Shown here piece by piece: positions 1 to 13,344 of a stretch of 64,000 nucleotides of DNA. Below the pieces are notes generated by a model. The model saw only the letters and a program-made list of their open reading frames with translations, searched no databases and had not been told where the DNA came from. The position numbers and the translations under genes were made by a program. The DNA comes from Saccostrea echinata (taxonomy: Eukaryota). The DNA is taken from positions 4,154,001-4,218,000 of the forward strand of contig NW_026889800.1 in NCBI RefSeq assembly GCF_033153115.1, read 5' to 3'. How positions within the stretch are numbered: position 1 is the stretch's first letter; the number at the start of each line of letters is the position of its first letter.

Positions 1-272
1 TAAGCATTTTGTTCCAAATATCTAAATTAAATTCACTGTCTTCAAACAGAGGTTAGTTTAACAAAAATGTCAGGGACTTCCGAATTTCTAGATATGACAT
101 CATAATATGTAAGGATTTCAAATGATAATTTTCATAAATTGTAATTGTAAACAGAAAGCATCTGTCTTAGAAGATTTTAATCCCAAAACAAAAGCATTTC
201 TGTCAGGTTGAATAAAAACGTCACAAATTTGTAAAAGTCTCAAGAGCTGAACTTTCTAACAAGTAATTTCTT

Positions 273-319
<47 letters not shown>

Positions 320-329
320 TGCACAGGAA

Positions 330-3300
330 AATATACACATTAACATGAGATGTACAAAAAGGAAAATCCTTTAACTAACAGATGAAACAGTTGTTCTAAA
401 ATGTACACAGTAATAGGCAAACGTTTGATACGGACATTAGTTTGAGATCTTTTAATACCTCGTAATACATATTGTAATTAGTCGCAGTTCTGTAAAATAT
501 CTCCGTAACCTGGTGTAACATAATGAAAACGAATTCCAGCTAAGTACATTTCAACACAGATTTACAATGAGTTACAAAGTAAACAAGTACAGTTTCATTT
601 ACAGTTGGCAAGCTATCATCCAAAAAATTACTCCATTCATACGTATGAATGAAATAAAGGTCTGTAAAGCTGAACTGTACGTCTGCATGGTAGACCGACC
701 CATAGCGACGCGTCCCATATATAGTCTCTGTAATTCGTGCCCATCCCTCAACATCTTGGAATGATCCAGGCAGGGAATGGGCTCTGAATTTGAGTGTGGG
801 GCTAGGATTCGAAATTTCCATCTGATAACGAGAAATAGAGTCTGGGACACATGCCTGCAATGTGTTTTGCATGGATGACATAATGATTACTTGCTGCATG
901 AAAAGTCAAAGTTGTCATCAACTTCATAATATAATTATTTTTCTTTCCCGGCTATGCCACACAGAAAACAAGCCATAATGATAGGATATAGTTCAATGAA
1001 AGCCAAGGAAGTTTGCTCTTTCAGAAGGTGCAAAGGTTTGAAGGTTTCATTTCAGGTGCAAAATGACCTTGGGACCATTTGTTTTGGTAGAATCCTCCAA
1101 ACGAAACAAATGTGCATCTGTACATCTGTATACAACTGCATATCTGCAGCTTATGTAATCTTGTCATTGATGAAAAAAGATATATCATCCCATGAAGGCA
1201 GAAACTTTTCCCACATCGAAAGATCACGCAGCTATGTTAAGGCTTCCCGAAGCTTTAAAATGCGTTCAAAACATAATATGTCATTGCGAATTCGGTTTTG
1301 GTTTTAATTTATAAGTATTGAACTTTAGTACTTCCAATTTATATTGAGGGTTTCCTTGGCTATATATTAACATATTTGTTATGATATCACATGACTTTGT
1401 TGATCACGTGACGGTCATTTATATTTTTTTGAAGTGTTTCATATAAATCGATTCGGTTTAACACAATGATTATTAACATTTTGTTATATAAATAAACTCA
1501 TCGTATCCTTGTGTATCCGAATTGGGAAAAGTCAGAGTATTACTTGGGTACAAAATATTTCCTGAGAAATTGAACTTACCTACAAATTTGAGGGTATTTT
1601 CCACACAATATCGTAATCTGTATTAAAACAAAGCCAACACCCAAGCAAGATTTAGTTAGAGAACAACTTCTTACAGATTTCCACAAAAATTCTCAGATTA
1701 ATCCTCATTAATCACCTGCGCCAGACTCTTTTATACACACAAAATAAATTCTACCTCCAACCACGGGTATAAAACAGAGTACATTTCAAAAGTACATTTT
1801 TCATAAGCATTTTGAACATGCTGAATTTCAATCAAGGGTAGGTTAGCGGTGTAATTTTAAAATATTCGGACATATAAGACTTAAAAAACCTCTAACGACC
1901 AGTGAATTTTGCAATAGCTATCTAGCATTTTACAAGCAGTTTGAAATAAAGTGTAAAGTTCATGACACTCTCCCCGTCATAACACCTCAAGTTTGCAGTG
2001 ACTTGACGTCATTTTCCATTATGACGTCATATTTTGGTAGTTCAGAGATGTGAAGGCACAGAGTGCACTGTGATATTCTACGGGAAGCCTTAACCTACCT
2101 GCGCAGCTCTACACATGCTGGTTAGATGTATATGATGATGCAACATTTTAACGAAGGTAGATACTGATATTAAACGGGAAATGAAAGAACGCCCTGGAAG
2201 GATGACTCGACAATCGAGATTCAGGTGTTCTATTAGACTGAGTAGTTTCCTCTTTGTACCTATGCATTTTTTCATTTTTCGCATTGTTGTTTTTGGAACG
2301 GTAACTAGGAAATCGTAACAGTAGTTGCAAAATATTGAAGATGTATTTGTTCTCTGCAATCTAGCGAACTGCTGACGATAAGTAATCAAAAATCTCTGGG
2401 CTAAAACGGCTACCAAAAACTAATCCTTTGAAGAAATAATACTGGTTGTTCCATTTCACACCGTGGTAAGCCACAGTTTGTGATAAATGGGCATTATTTT
2501 GAATGCATCTGTGATGTCTGTTTTTATCAGTAAAGCTCCTTTCCCCAACTTTTTAATCATCTGAATAGATCATCAAGGTTTACATAACCAAGAGAGAACT
2601 CCTCTTTGTCTATCAGCACAAACAAACTATGATGCACATCATCATTATTAGGTGCTGGCATGTCTATAATTGAACGTTTTTTCTTGGAATAGTTCTTTCT
2701 GCCACTCCAATGGGGTTAATACGATATGGGAAAAAGGAGTCTGGTCAAAAGGTCCATAAAGATATCCTTTACTCACTTCCACTTGAATTAACTCTGTAAC
2801 AATGTCTGAATGTAACACTGCTGATCTTAAATTCTTGCTTTCAAAAGACTTATCTGGAATGTTCTGGGTACCTGTATGGCAACCCTATTTCAAGCTATAT
2901 AATGAATAGTTTGTGAAAGTTTTGTATGGATGATCAGACAACAGGTACGTCAATATTAACAGGTGTGGTGATCTCAGAGTTGAGATTACTACTTATTTTT
3001 GGTTGAGTCGAGGCCACTGATTGGGGCCATTGGGAGTTTTTTTAACTGTCACAGTTTAATCTGGAGTGTTCTCCTTTGTATTCGATGCAAATGTGTGTAT
3101 TCTTACAAGGAGCCAGCAGGTATCCTTTTGCACCATTAAAACTTTTGCAGGTCTCTCTTCCAAAACTAAAATGTCGTTTCCTACCATAGGAATCAACTTC
3201 CTTATTGCTTTGTTTCCTGTCCAATGATGTCTTAGAAAGTGAGCAAAATCCTGGAAAATGCAATGTGCTGTTGTAAAAAGAACAAGTATAACAATATGTT

Positions 3301-3560
3301 ACAGAACAAAGTATTGTTTCGAACTGACCAGTCCACAAGGATGTTATTAAACTCCAAATGTGATGCTGCTATCAGGTTGAACTACCGATGATATTCATAG
3401 AAGCCTTTCCCTGGGTAGCGTGTAGCCATTTCAATAATGTTCATATAGATCAAGTTCAGTTCTTCACTGGGGGTAAGAATTACACATAATGTTTTGGTAT
3501 ATTCAAAGGCCTGGATGAAATCACCCAGTGATAAAACCCTTTGAAGCCTATAGGGTCTGT
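330..3560 (-). mobile_element. Degenerate Ngaro/DIRS-type tyrosine-recombinase retrotransposon (gag-RT-RNase H-YR)
   Basis: Minus-strand fragments in canonical order. Gag: LSLGDFIQAF..IIEMATRYPGKGFYEYHR plus Cys/His knuckles (3000-3560). RT: KNLRSA, KGYLYGPF, YRINPIGVAE, KTDITDAFKIMPI, PGRSFISRLI (2100-2950). RNase H: DLSMWEKFL, MQLYTD, FGGFYQNKW, LAFIELYPII, DSISRYQM (770-1235). YR N-terminus: STMQTYSSALQTF, LPTVNETVLVYFVTHC, RLPITVYIL (330-740). Many stops and frameshifts; no methyltransferase between RNase H and YR. Confidence 0.85.
1241..2089. mobile_element. Non-autonomous DNA transposon with TTAA target duplication (Kolobok-like MITE) inserted between RT and RNase H
   Basis: ttaa|ggcttcccg (1237-1249) ... 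cgggaagcc|ttaa (2081-2093): a 9-bp TIR starting GG, with TTAA on both sides. It interrupts the Ngaro pol frame. Confidence 0.7.
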
Positions 3561-3620
3561 AAGTCTCGTCGCGTGACTCGCGAGATTTTTCGATAATATT
3601 AACTTCCGGATACCTCACAC

Positions 3621-6296
3621 ATGGAGATCTGTATTGGGTTAAGCATGTTTATGGTTTACACAAAGCGTACAAGGAAAGTTTAAGCAGTTGTACAAAGCCG
3701 AAGGGTTCTCCGACTTACGATGGATTAATTGAGTGTCATAAAAGCTTGGGTGCGAGAAACCAGGAGGAGAATTTCGATCGAAGTAAAGGTAAACAAGTCA
3801 GAGAATGTCACCTGTTTTTTGTGTATTCTTGGGGAAAATAGAAGTGTGTTATATTATATCTCAATAAAATAGTTTTGTAATCATCATTCAAAGTAATTTA
3901 TTAACAGATTTTTTTCTTGAATTCGAGGATAATGATGTTATTACCAGCTGATTAAGGAGGAGTAGTGTAAGTGTCAGATGGGTACGAACGTCATCTTGTG
4001 ACTGCATCACCTTTGTTTGGGTAAATAATTTGTTCAGAATACGCTTCATTTATCAACAGAAATTTAGCTGTTGCGTGTCAGTGGGTCCAGTTTTTTAAGT
4101 ATTCAATGTTTGAAAGCACTTATTTCCCAACGATAAGATTTTCTTGATATAGTCTACCAATTCTCTCTGCATTTATCATTGAACAAAATTCATATGACTG
4201 CAATTATATGACCATATTCTTCAGTTTAGAGAGCATGTTATAGAGGATATTTTGGTTATAGTTTCAGGCTGTTTCAGTGTTTGAAATATTCTTTCATCTT
4301 ACACAATTGTGTACATTAAGATTTATTTTATAGCTAAAGTACAAGAGAACTGCAGCATCTAAGACTACATGTACATTGACTTTGAATAATCTGTATCCTC
4401 AAAAAGGCAACTCAAATATAGGAATGAAATTGATGTCACAAAATAAGTTCTTGAACTTACATTTACTCTTATAATACATATAAAGCATATCAAAAATAGA
4501 AAAGAATTATAGGTACATCAGGTGACAGCTCAATCATGTATAAAATAATAACACAGAGTTTCCAAATGTCAAAAGGGTATTCGATATATTCCATACAAGT
4601 TGTCAGTCATTTATAAGTGATTTTTACAGAGGTTCATTTGCATATAAATGTTGTTAACATTGTTTTACTGTCTTTAATAACTTGTAATACTAAATTTTAT
4701 AAATTGACAAATTCCTTCTTTTTAGAAAGTGCATATAATTTGGAAAAGAGACCATCAATCCACTGGGGGGTATCGCATGAAAGCAATGATTACAGAATAT
4801 TGTAAGGCTGGAGGAGTTATAGTACAACAGGCAGGCAAGTACTGGTACTTTGTTCTGGAAATTTTCGCCCCAGTTAAGTTTTATTTTTCTCATCCTGCCC
4901 TTGTTACAAGTCGGTAAATTTAAAACGGGACAAATTCAAAGAAGGCAGCATTTATCTTTTAAACACGGATGTGTCTGATCAAATTCTGTAAGGGCAAAAT
5001 TGTTTTCAAGGGTGAAAGAGTGAATATTTTAAAAATTAAAATGGCATGAAAATACCCAATAATACAGGTTATATGTATTAACACAGTATATATGCATTTC
5101 TCTTTTCCTTATAATGAAAATAATTTGTTCTGTAAAAGGACAAATTTTGTTCTGATTTGTATCAAATAAATAAATATTTGCCGGATTTATAACATATTTT
5201 GCAGGCACCTAAATTACCAACAGTTGTGCGTCAAGCTGTGCAAAAATTCTAATGTCATGTTACAGAATCATTCTTAAATACAGGTATATGTCTGCTCATC
5301 TGGCAATCTTAGGACATCAGTGGATGGTTTTGTTTAAGAAGATTACAGAGTTAACACACACTTCCAGCATGAAGACCAGCCAGTTGCCTCACCTGTCCTG
5401 ACATTATTAAAGGTAAGTGGCCCTTTCTGAAAAGGATCTGACAATGCAAGGCTTGCTCATCAATCAAAGATTTCTATTTATCAATAGGTAACTAATTTGA
5501 ATTTCTGTAGCTTAAAAATTTAATGATGTGAATTTAAAAAAAGTATTTTAATAGTGATGGGTAATCGGAATTTTTTTTCATAATCGATTATCGGAATAAT
5601 CGGATACACAATAATTGATTAATAATCGATTGATTTCAATTATTAAATATGTTCATTTTTTAATGAAGAATTAAGTGGTTAAAAATTCTGTAGTGATTTC
5701 TAGAGCACATTTTTTGATATATTTTGTATCATTGGATTCATTTATTAGATATTATTATGTAAGATTTAGTTAAATTAAAAGAAGAATGACTCAAAATCAA
5801 AGGAATAATTTGCTTTCAACTAATATTTAGATTAATCGATTATCAAAATCATAATCGATTATCTTTAATTGGTGACTTTGTAGATTAGATAATCGATTTA
5901 ATCGATTAATCGGTACATCACTATATTTTAGTCAAAATTATTTTTATTTCAGTACTTTGTGACAGTGAAAAGACACGGCTTTAAATTACTGCATCAGAGA
6001 TCAATCCAGGTTATAAATCTGAGGAAAACAATAAAGCATCACTTCAAGCTACATATATCACTGCCTTAACAAGTTGTCTGCATATGTATCTAACAAAGGA
6101 CAGTGACCAGTTGTACCTATGATATCAGAGGGCATCCTAAAAATACTCATCACTAAGAATAGAAAACTTCATATGACTTTTGTATCAATACTTCTGAATT
6201 TCATCTGGCTTGGAATTTCAGTAGCCTTTAGCATCCTTCAAGTTTTTCATGAAGTATATGTTGCAGGTGTAAAATGTTTGAAACGGATTGCTTGTC

Positions 6297-6300
<4 letters not shown>
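3621..6300 (+). pseudogene. Possible decayed spliced gene of unknown family
   Basis: Exon-like blocks with AG/GT(GC) borders: ~3621-3788 (DLYWVKHVYGLHKAYKESL..FDRSK|gt), ~3908-4020, ~4725-4834 (KVHIIWK..MITEYCKAGGVIVQQA), ~5206-5412, ~5952 onward. Stops and frameshifts throughout. Confidence 0.3.
5552..5923. mobile_element. hAT-like MITE
   Basis: TIR tagtgatg...catcacta. Flanks tattttaa / tattttag (8-bp TSD, 7/8 match). Repeated internal aatcgatt motifs. Confidence 0.75.
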
Positions 6301-6341
<41 letters not shown>

Positions 6342-7880
6342 TCTCTGCCAATTCGCAGTGTCATGAGCAGTTGCACCGGCATAGCATTTGTAGTTAAATG
6401 GTGCCAATTTTAAGAAAACCTTTCACAAAAACCTGGAAAACATCAGATGGAAAGGAGCATCTACAAAGAAAACAGTGAACACCTTCTTGAATATTAACAA
6501 TGATATATCATGCCCATTTACATCCTTTATATAAACTAATCAAATCGTAGAGAATTATATACAAATTTGTCCTTTTGTGTATTTATAGTGCATTAAATTG
6601 ATTTTACTAATTTATGAATATTTATGTTTTTCACAGTCATTAACATTTACAAATAGTAGTAAATATAAATATAAATATAATATATATATAAATATATATA
6701 ATATATAAATATAAAATATTACATGTTTATCAGGATAATTGTTATTCCACAAAAACCATCGCTGACTGAGGTTCAGCTCGGTCAGCAATTGTTTTCAAGG
6801 GGTAACGATTTCACATTACCCAAAATAAACAGGTAATATTTTTCTTGTTATAGAATGCATTTGAAAGAAAACATCAAGGTGAAACTAACAAGCAAACATT
6901 CTGCACAGCTAAGAATTTTTATTACAGTATATACTGTTACTCGTAGTCATGCATTTTCAACCATTGGGATGTAATGTTTGGCATGCAGTGCGGTAATAGT
7001 ACTTGTTAACAAATGTTTTTTAAAACAATCAAATTTGACTATTTAACATTAAAGTATGTAACAAATTTATCTAGCATTATGGTGCTGTAAGTAAACATGG
7101 AATGGGAGTTTGTGTGAACTTGATCCTGAATTATTAAGTTTTGAATATTGTAATAAAGAAATGTGCAGCCCAAACTTTAACATGTACCTGATTTAAATGG
7201 AGTTTTTTCATTAAAAACTTGGAAGTTGTCACACACTTCATGAGTATAATAACTGTGGGATCTGCTTCATTTGCAGATACATGGATAACACATTCACTCA
7301 AAGCACTGTCCCTTTTTCAGTACCTTGTGCAGCCCTGTAATATATAATGACAAATGGAGAAAAATGCCTATTTCAAGAAAAAAAATGTTTGTCTCATAAT
7401 TGTAGGAGTATTGGAAGGGGGAGTGGGGGTGTAATGAAACTTGGCAGTTAATATGTGTACATGAAAAAATGCCTTCTTCCTTGTAGAATAAAAAATGATT
7501 ATTTTTTGAGTGTTTCTGTGTTACCATTTTTATTTCTGAATAGACAGGGTAGACAACAGAATGAGCTGACCTTTTTTATTTATTGTAATATTTAAATTTA
7601 AAAAAAAATGAATGTGTTTTCTACAAGGATCATGTGTTATCGACCTGGTATTCAACTTTGTATTCCCATGGTCGATGCATTTGGGTACATCTATTTTTTT
7701 ATTTGCTTTCAATGACATCGCTTTCAATATCCCGATCTTGTATACCTGTCCAACACTCCAAATTATACCCTTGAAAGCTAAGTCAATGCAATAAATTTAT
7801 GAAATCATCTGTAGATAAGCGTACCTTTTGAATATAGACGATTTTAGCATAAAAAAGATTTAATTTTCCCCTTTATGTTT

Positions 7881-8219
7881 ATTGATTGATTGATTGTATA
7901 TTGTTTCACGTCCCATTTGAGAATTTTTCACTCATATAGAGACGTCACCATGTACCGGTGAAGGGCTTCAAATTTTGACCTTTACTCGGCACTCAGGGCC
8001 ATTTAGCAGTGAGGGATCTTTATCGTGCCAACGCCTGCCGTGACACGGGGCCTCCGTTTTTAAGGTCTCATCCGAAAGACCCGCAACTTTCACTTCAAAG
8101 TGCCGAGCGCATGGTGAAGGAACAGTTGCTACCTATTTTTTATCGACTTAGGTCTGTCGCGGCCGAGATTCGAACTCACGACCTCCCGATCACGAAGCGA
8201 GCGCTCTACCGACTGAGCT
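7881..8219 (-). mobile_element. tRNA-derived SINE, near full length
   Basis: Minus strand reads agctcagtcggtagagcg (A box) ... gagttcgaatc (B box), then a conserved core (ggccccgtgtcacggcagg..ggcacgataaagatccc) and a (CAAT)n tail. Same family as 47582 and 56667. Confidence 0.85.
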
Positions 8220-8534
8220 TTTGTATATACGATTATATAGACGATTTAAGCATAAAAAGATTTAATTTTCCCCTTTATGCTTAAGTATGTTTGCTAATTT
8301 TGGCCCGCTCGGAATAGCCTGTGTTTACGTCATGTAATGAAAAAATAAAGCAATTAAACGCTATTTACCTGCATCTATCAATCCATTCTCTCCTCTTCTT
8401 TGCAACAATCTGGAATCAAAACAAACTACAAGTTTAATAATTCCACTGCGATGCTTACAAACTTAAAGCGAAGCAGTAATCTATCGTCTCCAAGAACGCA
8501 CAGGTACCCAGAAGTTATAAAACGAAAGTGAAAG

Positions 8535-9240
8535 TCAACGAGACTTACAGACCCTATAATCAGTCTTGTTTGATTCTGTTGCTTTGTCTTCCGTACTTGG
8601 TGCATAATATGGAATTGAGAGAGTGGCCAGATTTACATCCTTACCTGATAATATCTGTTTTCTGAGTTGTGGAGAAACAGTTTTAACTAAGGGCAGAGGC
8701 TCTGTAGCATTGCCGTATCTTGTCCTTGTGGAATCGGGTGGGACCAGTTGAGCTTCCAATCCGGTGGCCGCCGACAAATTTCTCGCAGACGAACTTTGAA
8801 TCGATGACAAGGCTGTAGAAAAGTTGTAATTCTCTGCCATCTCTGTAGCAGAAGCATTTTGGTCTGCTAATTGGCGCTGGTGCTGATGTTGGAGTCACAG
8901 TCGTAGAACTTTGCGCAGGCACATTTGTAATTTCACTCGATCTTGGGTTTATTATAGTAGAGGATGAAGATTCCGAAGTTAAAGTCTTAACTCTAGGAGT
9001 AAGAAAAATCACATTCTGCTGTAGATTCTGCACTGTTGAAGCCAGCTTGGTAACAATGTCGAGTAATTCTCGATTGCCACCATTGTTGTTATTGTGCTGC
9101 ACGGAATTCTGGGATCGTGCACTTGTCACTGTTCTATTAATGGTCGCCTGTTCCACCCGACGTATTAATATTGATCTATGTGCCTTCTGAGGGATGTTTA
9201 TTTCGCGGTTATTTAAAAAATCTTTCAAACGCAAAACAGG
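8535..9240 (-). mobile_element. Gag N-terminal fragment of a second Ngaro/DIRS-type element (frameshifted)
   Basis: Overlapping ORFs 8683-9234 and 8535-8840: a coiled-coil-like segment (LASTVQNLQQNV), a low-complexity linker, then the motif VSPQLRKQILSGKDVNLATL typical of invertebrate DIRS/Ngaro gag. Confidence 0.65.
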
Positions 9241-9363
9241 TCAGTATTCGGGGAGTTCTGGTAGATTGTTTAGGTCCTATCTTACGTAACGAATTATGAA
9301 ATACAGTGTCACAAACTTGAATTAGTCTAAAACTCTCTAAAAGGCTATGTATAAACGCCAAAA

Positions 9364-9697
9364 GTTTCTATAACATGTATGTACATCTAATAAACACACG
9401 TATCAGGTTTAAGGTCAAATGTTTCTATAACATGTATGTACATCTAATAAACACACGTATCAGGTTTAACGTCAAACGTTTCTATAACATGTATGTACAT
9501 CTAATAAACACACGTATCAGGTTTAACGTCAAACGTTTCTATAACATGTATGTACATCTAATAAACACACGTATCAGGTTTAACGTCAAATGTTTCTACA
9601 ACATGTATGTACATCTAATAAACAAACGTATCAGGTTTAACGTCAAATGTTCCTATAACATGTATGTACATCTAATAAACAAACGTATCAGGTTTAA
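9364..9697 (+). repeat. 57-bp minisatellite, ~5.8 copies
   Basis: Unit tttctataacatgtatgtacatctaataaacacacgtatcaggtttaacgtcaaacg repeated head-to-tail with 1-3 changes per unit. Confidence 0.95.
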
Positions 9698-12052
9698 GAA
9701 GTAATCCATATTGTTGATAGAAAGGAACAAATGATAATCACTTCTGCACAATGGTCTGTGACTTTGAAGCTCCAACTGCAATTACCAGACTCCCCCTCTA
9801 GGCATCAACGCCCTGGCTACTTTTCCCTTATTAGTTAAGAGGCAGTCCACCAGAAAACCAGGCAGTATTGTATTAATAGGCGGCACATCGAATGTGACGA
9901 ATATTTGATATTTTATTGAAAATGATATTAATGTAGTCCATATGGAATAATGTAAGTAAAGATTTGTTTGAAAATAGCTTATTTACTAAAATATCGTTTT
10001 GTTTTGTGTTTTTGAATTCCCTTATATAAACCATTGAATGTAGATCTAGGTCGGAAACAAAGAACTGTAAATTTTAATACATTTTCTACAGATCTATAAT
10101 TCACTCCAAACTAAATCAAGAAATATTTCATCTTTCAATTTAAAAAATAAAATCAGTGGGAAAAATATTTTCAATAGTAGTTTTCTTGCAAAATAGACAG
10201 TCATTTTTATGAAATTCTGTGATGCAAGAGTTATCTCCCGTAGCATCGGGAAATCGGCTAAACATCTTACTATCAGAACCCCTGTGAGATATTTAGAACT
10301 GATACGCTAAAGAATATCATTCAACCAAAAATAATTGGTTTATTTTCAAAAACGAAATTAATTTTCACCTCCAAACTTAATCTTTAGTTTAAAATTTGCT
10401 TATTATTCAGGTTGAATCCACGTTTCCATTGATGTATCAGTGACGTCAAATACCTATCTAATATTGCGTCACAATAGTTGCAAATATTCCGAGGAAGTTG
10501 GTAATTCCTTCCAATACCTCTAAATTAATATTGTATAAATGTTAATCCTTTGTTCATTTGTTACCTTTTCATTGTTGATTTATTTCTTTTTGTGCTTTTA
10601 TGCCTCATGTGAGGCCTTAAAGTGAATAAAATGTTTCAAATGTTTCAAATGTTTCAAATGGTAAATTTATGTAAACGTGCAAAGAAAAGGATTTTTGAAA
10701 AGTAAAGTTAAATAATATTTCTCTTTTCTGTCCAATTACTTTTCGAGTGCATTAAATAATATTGTGACCCAGAATGTATTTTATTCACGGGCTGTGCCTC
10801 AGCTATAGATGTTTTAAAACAAGTCAGTATTGATAAGTAGTTTTATACATGTACAAAACGTCTTTACAGTAATCAAAATAGGATTAAATTGTTTTATTTT
10901 GTTAAATGAGTTAATAGCAAATGCATATACTGGTATTTAATAATTCCTAAAAATAATTTTTCTAGTGTAATTTATTATGAACTTTTCTGATAAAACTGGG
11001 ATTTGAAAAGATTAAGAATTATTTCTTATTATTTAGTAATGATGAATATTCCAGATTTACGCAACATAAGTTCAACAAAGTCGAGATGTGCACTTCATGA
11101 AGTGTAGTTAATACTTGAATATGTTAACTTATATGCAGTAATATCAAATATGCAGTCAGCATTATACAATTGCTCACGATCGACTGTCGGACCGAATAAG
11201 TTTTAACAGTTGAAAGAACGGAAGTACTCGTCACATCCACTTCAGCAATGGTTGTTTACTATTAGTGTCGGTGGTTCAGATTCTGTTTAGACTTTAATAT
11301 TTTAAAAATGTAAAAACTGAAGTAGAAAAAAGTTATAGAAATCTATAAATATACTACTTAATGAGGAAAATGTTGCCAATACTACTGCTGGACGCCCCAC
11401 TTCAAGCTGACACTAAATCGGCAGATGATTCAATGGAACATTTTTTTTTTTTATTTTCGTTTTTAAAATTCGACATATACGGAGATAAGTCAGTAGGTTG
11501 GTTACATTATTATCAAACCAGTTACAAAACGGATGCAGCCCAGACGAACACCCCCTCCCCCCTGCTTTTTCTTCATGCGATCATTTCTGGGCTCTATTAT
11601 CATGATTATATGTGTGTAAGTGTACATTTTTTTTCTTATTTATTTCAAGTTAAATTTCTTAGAGCAGGAAAATATTCCTTAATATGATGAATGGATGAAA
11701 AAAATTGGATTAAAGCCGAGGTTGTACACATAAATAATACTTGCTGAGAACTTATTGAGAACGGGCTCAAATATGTATAACTGATGTGGATCTAGAACAG
11801 TTTGCTCTTTCTGCAAGAAATGAAATTTTAAATTTTTTTAAGGTGAAAGGTAATAGAAACCAAGAGCAGTTAATACATGTACCGATACAAGTACAAATTA
11901 ATGATAATAGTGTTCTGACATTTTCATATAATGCGTGCTTGATTACATTTGAATAATATTCTCGACGAAGATAATTGTATTATCAGTATTTCTAACTTGC
12001 AGTTGCCAGAAATAAACATATTCCAAACTGATGTCTCAAACGAACGGTAGCG

Positions 12053-13344
12053 ATGTGCAGTGGCAAGTTTACTAGTGACTGGGTCTTCTTTATCATAATC
12101 ATGGTATGCTTTGAGCACTCCAATGGTAAGTTAAAATTTTTTTAATTATTTATAAAACTGTACATTTGACAGATAATTTTGAAAATATCTTTGCTTTTAC
12201 ATTCTTCGAAGCACATTTTTGAGTAATTAATTTATTCAATTTGTTTATTCTATTGTTTCTGAAATAAACAGTAGAATTCAGATGCTTAAATGTTAAAATG
12301 AGCACCTTTCTTAACGGATAATTTCGTGAAAAAGCATATTGATATTAAAGTAAGTTTATATTTAAGTTTAACTCATTTACTTATTTTTTAATAAAATCAA
12401 TAAAAAAAATCTGTGTCATTCATAAGTGATATTTAAAACTTGAATCCATCCATGGAAAATTTTAAGTACCTCTGCATATTCCTTAACATTTGTCGTTGTA
12501 GGTAATGTTTTAATGACGCGAGATGAACCCGAATACATAAACGAGAAGCATGTAAACACCACACACTTGGAGGACGGTTGCCAAGGGCTATTTTCATGTC
12601 CTACTACGATACCAAATTCCACGGTCCAGGAAGGCCATTTAATTCTAGGAGAAACTTTTTTTCACGGAGTATTGCAAGTAAGCATGTTATATAATGTAAA
12701 ATGATGCACAGTAATAATTTAAGTGAAAAGTTCTGAAATGTTCTCGACAAACTTTTCTGTTAATTTGGACACATATCGGGAAATCATGCCACCACAATTT
12801 ATTTCTTTACGCAGTATGCTTCCCTTGGTTACTAATAGGTTTGATTTTATATTTACTAAGAGCTCCCGACGTCTCTAAGTTAATTTTAACATTTTTTTCT
12901 ACTATACCTCCTTTCCGCAAAAGATCTGAAATTTGAAATTTTATTATTTATATGTCACATGAATACATTTACAGATATATTCAGGAACTCCTTGATTGTG
13001 GGGAAGAACTCAATATTTATAATGAACCAGACTGTGTTGACCAAAGCAGTTATCTTTCCGTCTTTACATCAAAAGAAACAAACCTTTGCATGAATCCTAT
13101 ATATCCATGTGAGTATTTGCTCGAAGTGAATCAGAATTTATTTAAACTTATCTCGCTCACTTAAAATAATTGGTTGATGAAACGGACCCTTTCTCGTTGT
13201 AGTATTACAAGAGTTGCTGCAGTGTATTAACAGTTTACAAAAGAAGCTATATACTTTCAATCAGATGTTGCAAACCCTGATGGTATCTGCAGAGCATGAA
13301 TTTACTATAAAGAAACAAAATTCGTCCAGAAATTCTTTCTGCAT
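12053..13344 (+). pseudogene. Secreted Cys-rich protein, paralog 1 (exons 12053-12125, 12502-12677, 12975-13108, 13203-13344); 1-nt frameshift in exon 2
   Basis: GT-AG introns with the same phases (1,2,1,2) as the 33070-42403 gene. Peptide: MCSGKFTSDWVFFIIIMVCFEHSNG..GCQGLFSCPTTIP..EGHLILGETF/FTEYCKYIQELLDCGEELNIYNEPDC..LCMNPIYPLLQELLQCINS..SSRNSFC. Exon 2 is 176 nt, one too many (T7 run at 12656-12662). Confidence 0.75.

Larger units (their letters stand above)
1..4939 (+). repeat. Copy A of a near-identical direct duplication (partner 59053-64000)
   Basis: Base-by-base match with an offset of 59052-59061. About 20-25 substitutions or homopolymer indels by eye. The ORF track lists the same peptides at both places. 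Confidence 0.97.

Noticed and set aside
274-317. Long poly(A) tract as a retrocopy tail (also 6304-6339 and the poly(T) at 53253-53285)
   Set aside because: No associated processed ORF or TSD was identified, and the length differs between duplicate copies, consistent with simple slippage.
954-1307. 117-aa plus-strand ORF (and its copy at 60014-60367)
   Set aside because: Antisense to the Ngaro RNase H region and running into the MITE.
8145-8219. tRNA-like sequence (also 56667-56740 and 47582-47650)
   Set aside because: These are SINE heads followed by SINE core and tail, with TSDs; not tRNA genes.
3382-9240. Joining the two gag fragments into one interrupted element
   Set aside because: Both seem to include the same region (DYRVCKS vs PYRLQRVLS) with different sequence, so they are more likely separate elements.
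9375-9704. 109-aa repetitive ORF / CRISPR-like periodicity
   Set aside because: It is a pure 57-bp tandem repeat with no unique spacers and no cas genes. The ORF exists only because the unit is a stop-free multiple of 3.
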